DNA of 64,000 nucleotides, from NCBI GenBank assembly GCA_031291875.1, contig JARLIE010000165.1, positions 1,119 to 65,118 on the forward strand, given 5' to 3'. Made by a program: the position numbers and the translations under genes. The stretch's first letter is position 1; every line of letters begins with the position of its first letter. Positions 27,917 to 37,430 of the stretch are shown in pieces. Source of the stretch: Minisyncoccota bacterium. Its GTDB lineage: Bacteria; Patescibacteriota; Minisyncoccia; Phycocordibacterales; UBA2100. The notes under the pieces were generated by a model. It was not told where the DNA came from. It saw only the letters and a list, made by a program, of their open reading frames with translations, and searched no databases.

Positions 27917-28593
27917 AGCCAGCTGATCGGCTGCTTGCCGTGCGCAAGTAGGTACTGATTTGTTTTGCTGAAGGGCTTGGAGCCGAAAAATCCGTGGTAG
28001 GCGGAGAGCGGCGATGGGTGCGCCGATTGGATAATCTCGTGCTTTGCCCAATCCACCAGGGTTCCTTTGGATTTTGCATAGTTGCCCCAGAGAATAAAAA
28101 CGAGGTTTTCTTTTTTGTCGGAAAGCAGACGAATCACGGCGTCAGTGAACTGCTCCCATCCCTTGCCTTGGTGCGAACCCGCTTTGTGTGCCTGTACGGT
28201 TAGTGTCGCGTTCAGAAGCAAAACTCCCTGCTTGGCCCAACGCTCCAAATCGCCCGTTCGATGCTCGAGCTTTTGCCCGAGATCACTCTCTAGTTCTTTA
28301 AAAATATTTTGGAGTGAGGGCGGAAGCCGCACACCTTCATTTACTGCAAAGCAAAGTCCATTGGCCTGCCCCGGACCGTGATACGGATCCTGGCCGAGAA
28401 TAACAACTTCGACCTTATCGAACGGGCAAAGCTCAAATGCGCGAAAGATATTCTTTGGTGCCGGATACACGATGGCGCTTTTATATTCGCTTTTCACGAA
28501 CGCTCGGAGAGTTGTGAAATAGTCTTTCCCGAACTCCTCTTCAAGAGCACTTTTCCACGACGGCTCCATCTTGACGTCATCCGCGTCAGCCAT
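27913..28593 (-). CDS. ung: Uracil-DNA glycosylase (family 1).
   Basis: VVILGQDPYHGPGQANGLCFAV and a downstream HPSPLS motif. Confidence 0.88.
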   Translation of the reverse strand: MADADDVKMEPSWKSALEEEFGKDYFTTLRAFVKSEYKSAIVYPAPKNIFRAFELCPFDKVEVVILGQDPYHGPGQANGLCFAVNEGVRLPPSLQNIFKELESDLGQKLEHRTGDLERWAKQGVLLLNATLTVQAHKAGSHQGKGWEQFTDAVIRLLSDKKENLVFILWGNYAKSKGTLVDWAKHEIIQSAHPSPLSAYHGFFGSKPFSKTNQYLLAHGKQPISWL

Positions 28594-28596
28594 ATG

Positions 28597-28851
28597 CTAC
28601 CGAACGCCTTCGTCGAAAAGAATCTCGTGTTTTCTTTCAATACCACCGCGATTGTAACCTCGCATACTGCCGTCACTCGCGATGACGCGGTGGCACGGGA
28701 TCGAAGGATCGTAGTTGGAGCGCATAACTGCGCCGACGGCTCGCGCTGCTTTCGGATTACCCGCTCTCGTCGCTACTTCTTTGTAGGTCATCGTCTTCCC
28801 TTTGGGAATTTTTCGGACGATGTCGCGGACTTTGTCTGCAATAGTTTTCAT
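28597..28851 (-). CDS. Stand-alone O6-alkylguanine-DNA alkyltransferase C-terminal (DNA-binding/active-site) domain protein.
   Basis: IPCHRVI active-site motif and an MGMT-type helix-turn-helix. The ~84 aa form starts at the internal Met with a 4-nt overlap; the ORF extends to 28962. Confidence 0.65.
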   Translation of the reverse strand: MKTIADKVRDIVRKIPKGKTMTYKEVATRAGNPKAARAVGAVMRSNYDPSIPCHRVIASDGSMRGYNRGGIERKHEILFDEGVR

Positions 28852-29663
28852 ATACCGAGTGTTGCGCGCTGATCCGGTTGTTCCATCGCCTGCTTCTTTG
28901 CCTTCGCTTGGAATGGGATCAACTTCTTGCCCACTGCTTCGCGGTAGCGGCAGTAATCGCAATCTGCAGACGACTCGGGCAACTCGTCGCTATCTAAACA
29001 AGTCTTAATTGCGACCAGCGTTCCTTCAACCCACGAATCGTCGCCGCTGTACGGAATAAGCGTAAGTTCGAACTCGAGCTTTCCGTCGAACGCCTCTTTG
29101 TCTTTGCTGGCATTTGCATATACCCAGTAGCCTGTATTTGAAACCGTAAATCCATTCTGGCGCAAAAGCCACTGATAGACCTCGATCTGGCGCTTGTAAC
29201 CGTCGTGCCAGGCTTCGTCGAGCGATTCTATTTTTCCATCCTTGCTCGTAGCCTTGTAGTCGACTACGATTAATTCATCGTTGGGCGTTACCCAGATATC
29301 GTCGACGCCGCCGCAGACAGTGAGTCCGGTGTGGTGTTCGCAGACTATGCCGCCGCGCAGCGAGTCGCGCCACTCGTCCATTTGTGTATGGGCGAATGGA
29401 ACGGCGTCGAGCCCGTAGGCTTTCATCAGCGGGTGTGCCGATTTTGCGGCACGATGCGCGTCGAATTCTTTTTTAAGGAGCGCGTCGACTGCCGAGTTGA
29501 GGTTAAAAGGAAAACCCGGCGGCCGAGCCGTGCCGAGCTTGTTGTCGATATAAAAGCAGCGCTTGCAGTCCAAGAAAAGCGAGATTTTCGAACGCGAAAG
29601 ACGGAAATGTTTGCCGCCGTAGTTCCAATTGTGGTTGCGGTCGGGCTTGTAGTAACCACTCAT
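28848..29663 (-). CDS. Cas4-like / RecB-family PD-(D/E)xK nuclease with a predicted 4-Cys iron-sulfur cluster.
   Basis: N-terminal CKRC, central ...VVDYKATSK (D-x-K of PD-(D/E)xK) and a C-terminal CDYCRY. 271 aa. No CRISPR context. Confidence 0.6.
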   Translation of the reverse strand: MSGYYKPDRNHNWNYGGKHFRLSRSKISLFLDCKRCFYIDNKLGTARPPGFPFNLNSAVDALLKKEFDAHRAAKSAHPLMKAYGLDAVPFAHTQMDEWRDSLRGGIVCEHHTGLTVCGGVDDIWVTPNDELIVVDYKATSKDGKIESLDEAWHDGYKRQIEVYQWLLRQNGFTVSNTGYWVYANASKDKEAFDGKLEFELTLIPYSGDDSWVEGTLVAIKTCLDSDELPESSADCDYCRYREAVGKKLIPFQAKAKKQAMEQPDQRATLGI

Positions 29664-30220
29664 CGCGTGAGTATACCACTCCCTCCATTTTGACGCTCAA
29701 AATCACTCTCAATTGAGCCTTCGTGCGCCGCAAACCAATGCTTAAAACGATTTTCTATGTACCACATGCCGGTGAGAACAATGAGCGTTAGCAACGCGGA
29801 AAAGACAGAAACAGAGTACATGCCAAAACCAACCGCCATACCGATTGCCGTTGCAATCCAAAGGCACGCCGCAGTGGTGACTCCATGAACCGTGTCGCCC
29901 CGGAAAATAATCAATCCAGCGCCGATAAAACCGATGCCCGTCACGATACCGGGCGCGAGTTGAAGCGGCTGGATATTGACGACGCCTAGATAAACGCTGT
30001 CGACGTAGTTGGTAATCAGAATGAAAAGGCAGGCGCTCATCGCGACGAGTCCGAACGTGCGCATGCCGGCAGGCTGACGAGCGAATAATGCTCGTTCGGT
30101 ACCTATGATGCCTCCCAAAAAGAGCGCGAGCATCAACTTCACAAACATAACGGCAGTAGGATCGATGAGAAGCGCGGGTCCCGTTATCATAGGCAAAAGT
30201 ATATCATTCAAATACCGCAC
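29660..30220 (-). CDS. mgtC: MgtC/SapB-family membrane protein.
   Basis: 186 aa; 4-5 TM with the MgtC-like N-terminal conserved region (...GGIIGTERALFARQPAGMRTFGLVAMSA...). Confidence 0.7.
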   Translation of the reverse strand: MRYLNDILLPMITGPALLIDPTAVMFVKLMLALFLGGIIGTERALFARQPAGMRTFGLVAMSACLFILITNYVDSVYLGVVNIQPLQLAPGIVTGIGFIGAGLIIFRGDTVHGVTTAACLWIATAIGMAVGFGMYSVSVFSALLTLIVLTGMWYIENRFKHWFAAHEGSIESDFERQNGGSGILTR

Positions 30221-31032
30221 AAGAGGCGTGCCTCATCGAGTACTTTCGGGACCCGATCGGGCTTTACTCCGTATTCTTGCAGGAGGTGCGAGGTCGTCAC
30301 GCTTTTGCAGAGCACAACCTTATTGTCGAGTAATCGTCGTTTCTCGCCCTCACTGAGGGAGGTGAGGCAGGTGATCGGATGCACTTTTCCCTCTTCGATC
30401 ATCGCGAGTAGGCCTCGAGTGCGGGGATAATCCCAGCCCAAGAGAGTGAGGTTTGAACAGCGAGCGTACCGAATTGCATTTCGAGTGAACGTGGTATTCG
30501 TAACCAGCCAGCCTTCGTCGACGCGCGACGAAGCAAGTGGCGCCTGACGGAGGTCGTCGTAGCGCGCTTTGACGTAGAGCGCATCTTTGACGTCAGTCTT
30601 CCCTCCCGGGTCGTTGTGAAATTTTGCCTCGATGCCGATGCGTCTGCCCTGTTTTTCTGCGAGTACATCCACCTCATGAGAAACGCAGCGGCCGGTAAGT
30701 GTTACCTCTGCTTTCGCGCTCCAGCCGTTCGAACGCAGGACTTCGGCAAGAAACGATTCAAACGGGTAGCCAGAGGGGCCCAGCGCGAAGACCGCTCGCT
30801 TGATTGAATAGCGGGCGGCGACCGGCGGAACTTCTTCGTTCTTTAGCGTTTCGAATGCGTGGCGATAGATATCTTCCGTACGTACTCCCGGGTGAATCTC
30901 ACTGAGAACTTTCGCGAGAACACGCGCGCGTGCCGTCGAAGATGCACCGGCGAGCTGCAGTGAGTGTTCAAGCTTTGCCGGATCAAACGGCTCCTGTGTT
31001 CCATCTGCCTTGGTAATAAGAGGATGCGTCAT
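30208..31032 (-). CDS. ATP-cone domain fused to a restriction-endonuclease-like (Mrr_cat-type PD-(D/E)xK) domain.
   Basis: N-terminal ITKADGTQEPFDPAKLEHSL...EDIYRHAFETL is ATP-cone-like. The C-terminal region contains EVDVLAEK...RIGIEAKF (D...E-x-K). The ORF extends to 31194; the internal Met gives a 4-nt overlap. Confidence 0.55.
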   Translation of the reverse strand: MTHPLITKADGTQEPFDPAKLEHSLQLAGASSTARARVLAKVLSEIHPGVRTEDIYRHAFETLKNEEVPPVAARYSIKRAVFALGPSGYPFESFLAEVLRSNGWSAKAEVTLTGRCVSHEVDVLAEKQGRRIGIEAKFHNDPGGKTDVKDALYVKARYDDLRQAPLASSRVDEGWLVTNTTFTRNAIRYARCSNLTLLGWDYPRTRGLLAMIEEGKVHPITCLTSLSEGEKRRLLDNKVVLCKSVTTSHLLQEYGVKPDRVPKVLDEARLLCGI

Positions 31033-31445
31033 AGCGATGATGAAGAAGCAGCGACGTCGGTGATGATGGTTATCGGCAAAGGCTTTCCGTCGAGTGTCGC
31101 TACAAATTGAACGCCTGTTGCCGGCGCAAGCGCAACCGCCTGAAATGCTCGCGGCGCCGGCGCTTTCGGACAATCGATAGAGGGATCTTGCCAACTCTGA
31201 AACGCGAGCAAATATTCGGTATCGGAAACTTTCTGCGTGGCCACACTAAGCTCGTCACAGGAAAGCGGCAATACCAGTATGCCACTCAAACTGTGCGTTC
31301 CCGGAGTTACGATGTCGTGGATAGCGAGTACGCCGGGATTTTGCGCTTGCAAAAGGGCGAAGTTTCCAAGAACAACGAATATCGCAAAGAAGGCCGCGGT
31401 CGCGACGATAGCGAACCAGACGAGTCGTCGGACCGTGTCCATCAT
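31029..31445 (-). CDS. Hypothetical membrane-anchored protein.
   Basis: Single N-terminal TM (LVWFAIVATAAFFAIFVVLG) followed by a soluble domain. Start inferred at MMDTV. Confidence 0.4.
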   Translation of the reverse strand: MMDTVRRLVWFAIVATAAFFAIFVVLGNFALLQAQNPGVLAIHDIVTPGTHSLSGILVLPLSCDELSVATQKVSDTEYLLAFQSWQDPSIDCPKAPAPRAFQAVALAPATGVQFVATLDGKPLPITIITDVAASSSSL

Positions 31446-31476
31446 TGCACCAGTATAAACGGTTGTAGACGCTCGG

Positions 31477-32520
31477 TTACGATAAGCTGTTGATGATGCC
31501 CCCGCCCAAGCAAATTTCGTCTTGATACAGTACGAGTGACTGACCAGGAGCGGCGAGGTGCGCATCGTCGAATGTCACGTCCAATACACCAGCGCTTTCG
31601 TCGATCTTTACCTCAAACGGATGTTCGCGATATCGAGCCTGCGCCTGCAGGGTTGTGCCAGAAAGCGGCACACTTCCGATCCAATGCGGCTGCGCGACGC
31701 TCGCCCGTCGACGATTTGCGTCTTCACGCTTACCAGAAACATGAACAATATTTTTATCGACATCGATGTCGGTAACGAAATGCGTACCAGATCCCGTCGC
31801 GGTAAAGCCATGACGTTCGCCGATCGTATAGAGCGCAGCGCCATCGTGTGAGCCGATACGAGTTCCCTGTTCGTCCATGACATCACCCTTCTTGAGTTCG
31901 ATGAATCGTCCGAGGAACTCTTTGAGTGAGACGTCGCCAACGAAACAGAGACCCTGGCTATCGGGTCGAGATGCGTTCGGTAAGTTGAATTTGTGGGCGA
32001 GTTCGCGCACCTGCGGCTTCTCAAATTCACCAACAGGAAAGAGTGCTCGGGCAAGGTCTTCCTGCGTCAACTGATACAAAAAATAGGATTGATCTTTGTT
32101 TGTATCGAGCCCTCTGAGAAGCTGGTGCGAGCCCTCTTGCGAGCGAATGCGCGCGTAGTGACCTGTTGCGATAGAATCTGCACCGTTTTTGAATGCCCAC
32201 TCGGCAAAATGGCCAAATTTGATCGTGCGGTTGCACAGAACGTCCGGATTGGGAGTTACACCCTGCGAATAGTTAGCGATCATGTCGCCGACCACCTCCT
32301 TTTTATATTCTTCGGAAAGGTCGACCTCGAGAAACGGAATCTGTAGCGCCGCCGCAACGCGCATCGCGTCGAGCCGATCCTCCTTCCAGGTGCATTCAAT
32401 GAACTCCGGGGACCAGATCTTGATGAACGCGCCGACGACAGTGTGGCCGCGCTCTTTTAGGAGCGCTGCTGAAACGGCAGAATCCACGCCTCCTGAAAGC
32501 CCGACAAAAACAGTAGCCAT
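31477..32520 (-). CDS. mnmA: tRNA-specific 2-thiouridylase MnmA.
   Basis: PP-loop SGGVDSAV and the catalytic Cys region. 347 aa from the internal Met. Confidence 0.85.
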   Translation of the reverse strand: MATVFVGLSGGVDSAVSAALLKERGHTVVGAFIKIWSPEFIECTWKEDRLDAMRVAAALQIPFLEVDLSEEYKKEVVGDMIANYSQGVTPNPDVLCNRTIKFGHFAEWAFKNGADSIATGHYARIRSQEGSHQLLRGLDTNKDQSYFLYQLTQEDLARALFPVGEFEKPQVRELAHKFNLPNASRPDSQGLCFVGDVSLKEFLGRFIELKKGDVMDEQGTRIGSHDGAALYTIGERHGFTATGSGTHFVTDIDVDKNIVHVSGKREDANRRRASVAQPHWIGSVPLSGTTLQAQARYREHPFEVKIDESAGVLDVTFDDAHLAAPGQSLVLYQDEICLGGGIINSLS

Positions 32521-32567
32521 ACATGCAGCTTGCCGCCTGCGGCGCTCGGACGCAAGTATGCCGCACC

Positions 32568-33602
32568 CTAAATCCCGAGATACACGTGTTCGTTGTGGAG
32601 CTGCTGCGCCCACGTCTTTGCGTAGTGCGTAACTCCCGTGTGGTCGGCAAGATAGTAGAGATACGGGCTCGACGTGGCCTCCGCGGCGGCGACGATCGAA
32701 TCGAGCGACGGGCTTCCGATTGGCGTCGGCGGCAAACCTTTACGAACGTACGTATTGTACGGAGAATCGCTCTGGAGATCCTGAATCGTCAGTTGAGAAT
32801 CACTTCTTCCGGTCGAATACACGAGCGTCGGGTCCGCCTGCAGCGGATACCCTTGCGCGATCCGGCGCCAGAGAATACCGGCAATCATCTGCCTATCTTG
32901 CGTCGCCGGCGCTTCGTCCTCTACGATCGAGGCCATCGTGACGATGTCAGAAAATGAATGCGTGGAGCTCGCGAGTATCGGTTTAACGGAAGAGACTTGT
33001 AGATCAAAATTTTGACGCATGGCTTGGATGACCATCGCTTCGGTTGCGTTCGGTAGGAAAAAGTACGTGTCTGGGAAAAGATACCCTTCGTCGATACTCG
33101 TTTGTGCGAGGAAGTTGTCGGCGTTGAAGCGCGGCAGCTCCGCTGCAAAGATACTCGACATTTGCTTCATGGTTGCGCCTTCCGGAATCCTGATTCGTAT
33201 GGGAACTAGGCCGTACTCCCCAACCGCGAGTGCATGCGCGACGTAAAAGATATCTTCCGGCTGCTTAAATTCATAATCACCGGCATGCACACCTCGCTCA
33301 CGCCCAAGCACCATGATTAACACTCGAAAAACGAGCGGGCTGCGGATCACGCCATCTTCGTAGAGTGTTTGCGAAATCGTATCGAGCGACGCACCCTCAG
33401 GGACCGTGACGAGTTGGTCCGTCGGAAAATGCACGGGCGGCTGAATGACAAAAATATATGCGGCTGCCGCAAGCGCGCCGGCGAAAAAGATAACCAAGAT
33501 CGTTCGGCGGTTTGCCCGCGGACGCCAGTCCTTTGACAAGCGATCTTGTTCGGACTGCGACCATCTGAAAAACCGTTCTATAAAACGCTCGAGCGAGTTC
33601 AT
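32568..33602 (-). CDS. mltG: Endolytic murein transglycosylase MltG (YceG-like).
   Basis: N-terminal TM and a YceG domain with LQADPTLVY and GLPPTPIGSPS motifs. Confidence 0.85.
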   Translation of the reverse strand: MNSLERFIERFFRWSQSEQDRLSKDWRPRANRRTILVIFFAGALAAAAYIFVIQPPVHFPTDQLVTVPEGASLDTISQTLYEDGVIRSPLVFRVLIMVLGRERGVHAGDYEFKQPEDIFYVAHALAVGEYGLVPIRIRIPEGATMKQMSSIFAAELPRFNADNFLAQTSIDEGYLFPDTYFFLPNATEAMVIQAMRQNFDLQVSSVKPILASSTHSFSDIVTMASIVEDEAPATQDRQMIAGILWRRIAQGYPLQADPTLVYSTGRSDSQLTIQDLQSDSPYNTYVRKGLPPTPIGSPSLDSIVAAAEATSSPYLYYLADHTGVTHYAKTWAQQLHNEHVYLGI

Positions 33603-33611
33603 GAGGGAAGG

Positions 33612-35096
33612 TTATTTGGGAAGATTCGCGGGAGCTGCCGATTTGGTGGACGGAATGCGCTCCAGACCCGGTGCTTGGACTGTTGCGGACGGCGGATGCC
33701 AGAGAGTAGCCAGTTCTTCGACTGTCAAAATCGAGCTTGGGAAAACCCACGGCGTATGGAATCCAGCGCGACGTCGGTAGACATCAAAAAATCTCCTGGG
33801 CATCAATACATTGCGTCTATATCCATGAAAATCCTGCCACGGGTAATCGAAGGGATTGCCCCAACGCTGCGGTCGAAGGTATGACATATACGTTGGGTTG
33901 CCATAGGGCTTCCAGATCCAGCGAAGGCTCGTGAAATACGGGCCCCGCGGCTGACCGGTCGTGATATAGACGCCGTGGCCGATGAACTCAAACGGCAATT
34001 TGCTGACGTTTCGTTCCATCGATTGCATGATCTGATTTTGCATCCAGGACGGTCTTGGTTGCGGTTGTCGTCCGCTTCCCTCGTGAGCTCCGGACGTTTG
34101 CAGTTCGTGTTGGACCGCCTCAAGCGCTTGCTGCGAAACAATCGCGCCGCGCGATCGCCATTTGTCGACTTCGTCTTTGGTCGCTTTGCGCCAGTCGTCG
34201 TCGCGATCACCTGTACTGAGAATGCCGTACTTGCCACCGCGTCGAATGACCAGCGAGATCCAGGCCTGTTCTTGTGGTTGAATCGAGCTCATGAATTCGA
34301 TAATGGTCGAAAGCGGGTCGACCTTGTGCTCTTCTTTCGGGTCTTTATCGAGCTCGTAATCAATGTAAGTACGTAGCGGATAACAGTCGATGCGGTCGAA
34401 CTTGCCATCGCCGTATTTGCCAAATTTTCCCTGGGGCAATTTGCTCCAGTCGGTTGGGAAGCACCAGTGTTTGTCCGGATCATATTTGAATTTGGACGCG
34501 TAATCTTCGACTTCGTACAATTCGACTTCCGGATACTGGCCGTAGATTGCCTGTTCGACGAATTCCTTCATCGATCCCCAGCACCAGATATAAAAATGAA
34601 CATCGCCGCCGAAGCTCGCGATCTCAAAAGCAAAGAAAGGGCGTACCTGTCCCTTCCAGGCGCGGTCCAAAAAGCTCGCCTCACCGGAAGAGAGCCAAAG
34701 GTTGGTGAGTGCAACCTCCATCGCGCGTGGTGATTTCGTAATGTCTCGCGGGACCTTCATCTCGAGCAATACCGGCTTGCGTCCTGCGAGAAAAAGGGAT
34801 TGCACATACCACACCCAGATTCGGAACGCCCCAATAACGAGAACAACCGGCGTCCACACGGGCGCCGTTCCTACCATCCATTCGAACGCAAAGAGCGGCA
34901 AGTTAGGAATCTCAAGCGATAAAATGCTCAAAAGTCCCAAAAAAAGAATAACGAGGATAAGCGCGCGCGAAACTCCCCACTCGCCGAGCCAATCGACGAA
35001 TTCGTGGAGATTAAAAATGTTGAAGCCGACTGTTTTTTTTCCGACTTTTTCACCAAGTTCGCCGAGAAAAGTCTCTTCACCGTGCCCGCCTGACAT
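33612..35096 (-). CDS. Hypothetical protein with N-terminal TM helices and a large Trp/Tyr-rich domain.
   Basis: 494 aa. No motif I can assign. Confidence 0.4.
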   Translation of the reverse strand: MSGGHGEETFLGELGEKVGKKTVGFNIFNLHEFVDWLGEWGVSRALILVILFLGLLSILSLEIPNLPLFAFEWMVGTAPVWTPVVLVIGAFRIWVWYVQSLFLAGRKPVLLEMKVPRDITKSPRAMEVALTNLWLSSGEASFLDRAWKGQVRPFFAFEIASFGGDVHFYIWCWGSMKEFVEQAIYGQYPEVELYEVEDYASKFKYDPDKHWCFPTDWSKLPQGKFGKYGDGKFDRIDCYPLRTYIDYELDKDPKEEHKVDPLSTIIEFMSSIQPQEQAWISLVIRRGGKYGILSTGDRDDDWRKATKDEVDKWRSRGAIVSQQALEAVQHELQTSGAHEGSGRQPQPRPSWMQNQIMQSMERNVSKLPFEFIGHGVYITTGQPRGPYFTSLRWIWKPYGNPTYMSYLRPQRWGNPFDYPWQDFHGYRRNVLMPRRFFDVYRRRAGFHTPWVFPSSILTVEELATLWHPPSATVQAPGLERIPSTKSAAPANLPK

Positions 35097-35189
35097 GGCA
35101 AAAGTATAGCATTGGAATCACAACGAAATATCCTCGGCAAGAAAGCTTGCCGAGGATAGGTCGTACCAAATCTTTTTGGTCAGTACAGG

Positions 35190-36212
35190 TTACTTTGAGA
35201 GCGCGTAGCGTCCGTCCGGAAGTCGAGTGAAGACGCTGCTTTGGAGGTTGACGGCGATAGTCGCGTCTTTGACGTAGCGTTCGCGTTTTACGCGATCAAC
35301 GATGTCTTCGCGAGAAAGCGGACCTTCGCGCTGCAAGATGCCCTTGATAACCTCGCGAACGACACCCGGTTCATAGCCCCATTCTTTGAGCGCGTAGAGA
35401 CCGCGACCGACGAGCACGAAACGGCCGTCCTTGATGAGTTCGTTGTGAGTCGTCGCAGGATGAGCTTCGCGACCGAAGAGCTTTTCAATGCCCTTTGCGA
35501 CTTCCGTAAAGTGCATCGGAGAGCCGTGGCGCTTCAGCGTGAGATACGCAAAGTCACGGGTGTTCTTGATGCGAACGTGTGGCGAATCTTGGCGACCCCA
35601 CTCCCCGAGCGGGTTTTTGCCGATGCGCTTCGAAACGATGAGCCAGCGGCGCATGACTTCCGGTTCGCGCTGCTTCACGCCCTCCTGCTTGAGGTGCTTT
35701 GCAAAAAGCTGCAAAAACTCCTCTTCCGGCGTGAGGCGGTTGGATTCGATAGATTCGTACAAGTTGGTGAGCGCCGATTCGATTGATTCGGCAAGCTGGT
35801 GGTCGATGTGCCAACGGTCTCGGAAATCGGTCGATTCGCGTTTGTCGTTGAAGTGCGTACCGACGGTGAGCAAAAAGATGAGATGGTTCTCATCGGTTGA
35901 AGTTTTCGCGAGTTCTTCGAGAACTGTTTCTTCCGCCAAGAGGCCGCCGAGAGCTGCGATCGCGCGCTTCATTTCTTCAAGTTCGCTCTGATGCTCCGCG
36001 TAGGCATCTGAGTCGCGAACCGAGGCGAGACCATGGTTCTCGATCTGACGGATGCGCTCGCGAGTGATCCCGTATTCCTTACCGATTGCGTCGAGGGTGC
36101 GGGTCTCGCCCTTCGAATTGAGACCGAAACGGTCGACAAGTACCCGGCGCGAGCGATCCGGGAGGTCGGAAAGGAGGTCCTTCGTAATATTTTTGGGCTG
36201 AAATGAAAGCAT
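35190..36212 (-). CDS. DNA-binding protein with an N-terminal sigma-70 region-4-like HTH and a C-terminal HARE-HTH-like domain.
   Basis: RSRRVLVDRFGL...TLDAIGKEYGITRERIRQIENHGL (region 4) plus a C-terminal MHFTEVAKGIEKLF...GRGLYALKEW. Confidence 0.55.
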   Translation of the reverse strand: MLSFQPKNITKDLLSDLPDRSRRVLVDRFGLNSKGETRTLDAIGKEYGITRERIRQIENHGLASVRDSDAYAEHQSELEEMKRAIAALGGLLAEETVLEELAKTSTDENHLIFLLTVGTHFNDKRESTDFRDRWHIDHQLAESIESALTNLYESIESNRLTPEEEFLQLFAKHLKQEGVKQREPEVMRRWLIVSKRIGKNPLGEWGRQDSPHVRIKNTRDFAYLTLKRHGSPMHFTEVAKGIEKLFGREAHPATTHNELIKDGRFVLVGRGLYALKEWGYEPGVVREVIKGILQREGPLSREDIVDRVKRERYVKDATIAVNLQSSVFTRLPDGRYALSK

Positions 36213-36398
36213 GGTGCGAGTGGATTGACTAACCTGTTCTACGTATGGTCTACCTTATAACAAACCTTGTAAATCCTGTCAAATCCCCTCCTAAGGCCTT
36301 GGGCCGTTCCGAGAGCCTTTTACGCTCAAACTATACCGTAGAAGAGCAACGTAAGGCCGCGCGGCAAACATGTGTGCGTAAGAGCGGTAAATTCGTAG

Positions 36399-37250
36399 CT
36401 AGAATTTGATAAGCGAACGCAAATTCGAGAGCACGGTACTGCCTCTGGTGACTAGCGTGCTTCCGAGCCATTGCAGGAGTGATGGCTGCGTCGTCGCGGG
36501 GGAAAAGTTGCTTTGCGGCGACTGACTGGGAGCATACGACCCACTTGTTGTGCTTTGCGACACAACGATCGTAGAAGTTTGTGGGACCGGCATATTCTGC
36601 GGCGTCGAACTCGAGAGCACCGGCGTGCTTGTAGAGATTTTTACCGATACCGAAGAGCTTGCTTGAAACTTATTCGGCGAGGAGGTGGACTGCGTGTAGT
36701 TGATTGGCGCACTGGTGGTTGCAGGCAGCAAGACAGTTGTGCTTGCTATTGTGCTGGAAGCAATGCTAGCACTGGTGTGTAGCACGAACGGTAACGTCTG
36801 CGGTAACGGCGCAATGGCATCCAGAATCCCGATCGACGTTGATGCGGCCGCGTTTATAGCCGGCGATCGAGCTGCCTGCCCTACCTGCAGCAGACTTGTC
36901 AGAAAGCCGATATCACCGGGAGTCGTTGGAAATGCCGCCGTAGCTGCGCTAAAGGTCGTAATACCGCGATCGGTAGAAATAGTAACTATCTGCGAACCAG
37001 ACGCACTAAGACTCGCAATACAGCCCGCAGCGCTTGTTCCTTCACAAACATAGGTAGTTTGCGTCGAGGTACTCTGTGCAAGTTCCGCCGCGACCGCCTG
37101 CGCCGCCAGTGATTCGGGCTGGTAGGCGATGTACGCGCGCATGCCCGCGACACTCGAAAGAATGACGACGGTCGTTACCGCCATGATCCCTGTTGCGATT
37201 TCGAGAATTCGTGCGAGGGCACTTTTTTTCTCCGGTTCCATTACCAGCAT
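36399..37250 (-). CDS. Ser/Thr-rich low-complexity surface protein with an N-terminal membrane anchor.
   Basis: 283 aa; about 40% S/T with a hydrophobic N-terminus. Confidence 0.45.
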   Translation of the reverse strand: MLVMEPEKKSALARILEIATGIMAVTTVVILSSVAGMRAYIAYQPESLAAQAVAAELAQSTSTQTTYVCEGTSAAGCIASLSASGSQIVTISTDRGITTFSAATAAFPTTPGDIGFLTSLLQVGQAARSPAINAAASTSIGILDAIAPLPQTLPFVLHTSASIASSTIASTTVLLPATTSAPINYTQSTSSPNKFQASSSVSVKISTSTPVLSSSTPQNMPVPQTSTIVVSQSTTSGSYAPSQSPQSNFSPATTQPSLLQWLGSTLVTRGSTVLSNLRSLIKF

Positions 37251-37313
37251 TGTACCAACGGATTCATCGCTATTTTGCGTTTATCCCGCAACCGGTATAC
37301 TTTTCGAATTCGA

Positions 37314-37387
37314 GGGCGGTTAGCTCAGTTGGTTAGAGCGCACGCTTCACACGCGTGAGGTCACAGGTTCGATTCCTGTACCGCCCA
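37314..37387 (+). tRNA. tRNA-Val (anticodon CAC).
   Basis: Hand-folded cloverleaf: acceptor GGGCGGT/ACCGCCC, D arm GCTC...GAGC, anticodon loop TTCACAC, T arm ACAGG TTCGATT CCTGT, discriminator A. No encoded CCA. A TATACT -10 box lies ~15 nt upstream. Confidence 0.85.
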
Positions 37388-37430
37388 CAGGACAAAGAGA
37401 CGCCGAGTGTGTATAGTAATCGCTACGTTC

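Noticed and set aside
35131-35158. A perfect 12-bp hairpin ATCCTCGGCAAG aaa GCTTGCCGAGGAT downstream of the sigma-r4/HARE-HTH gene.
   Set aside because: Probably a simple factor-independent terminator or RNA-stability hairpin. No flanking U-run on the expected strand, so not listed as a confident terminator.
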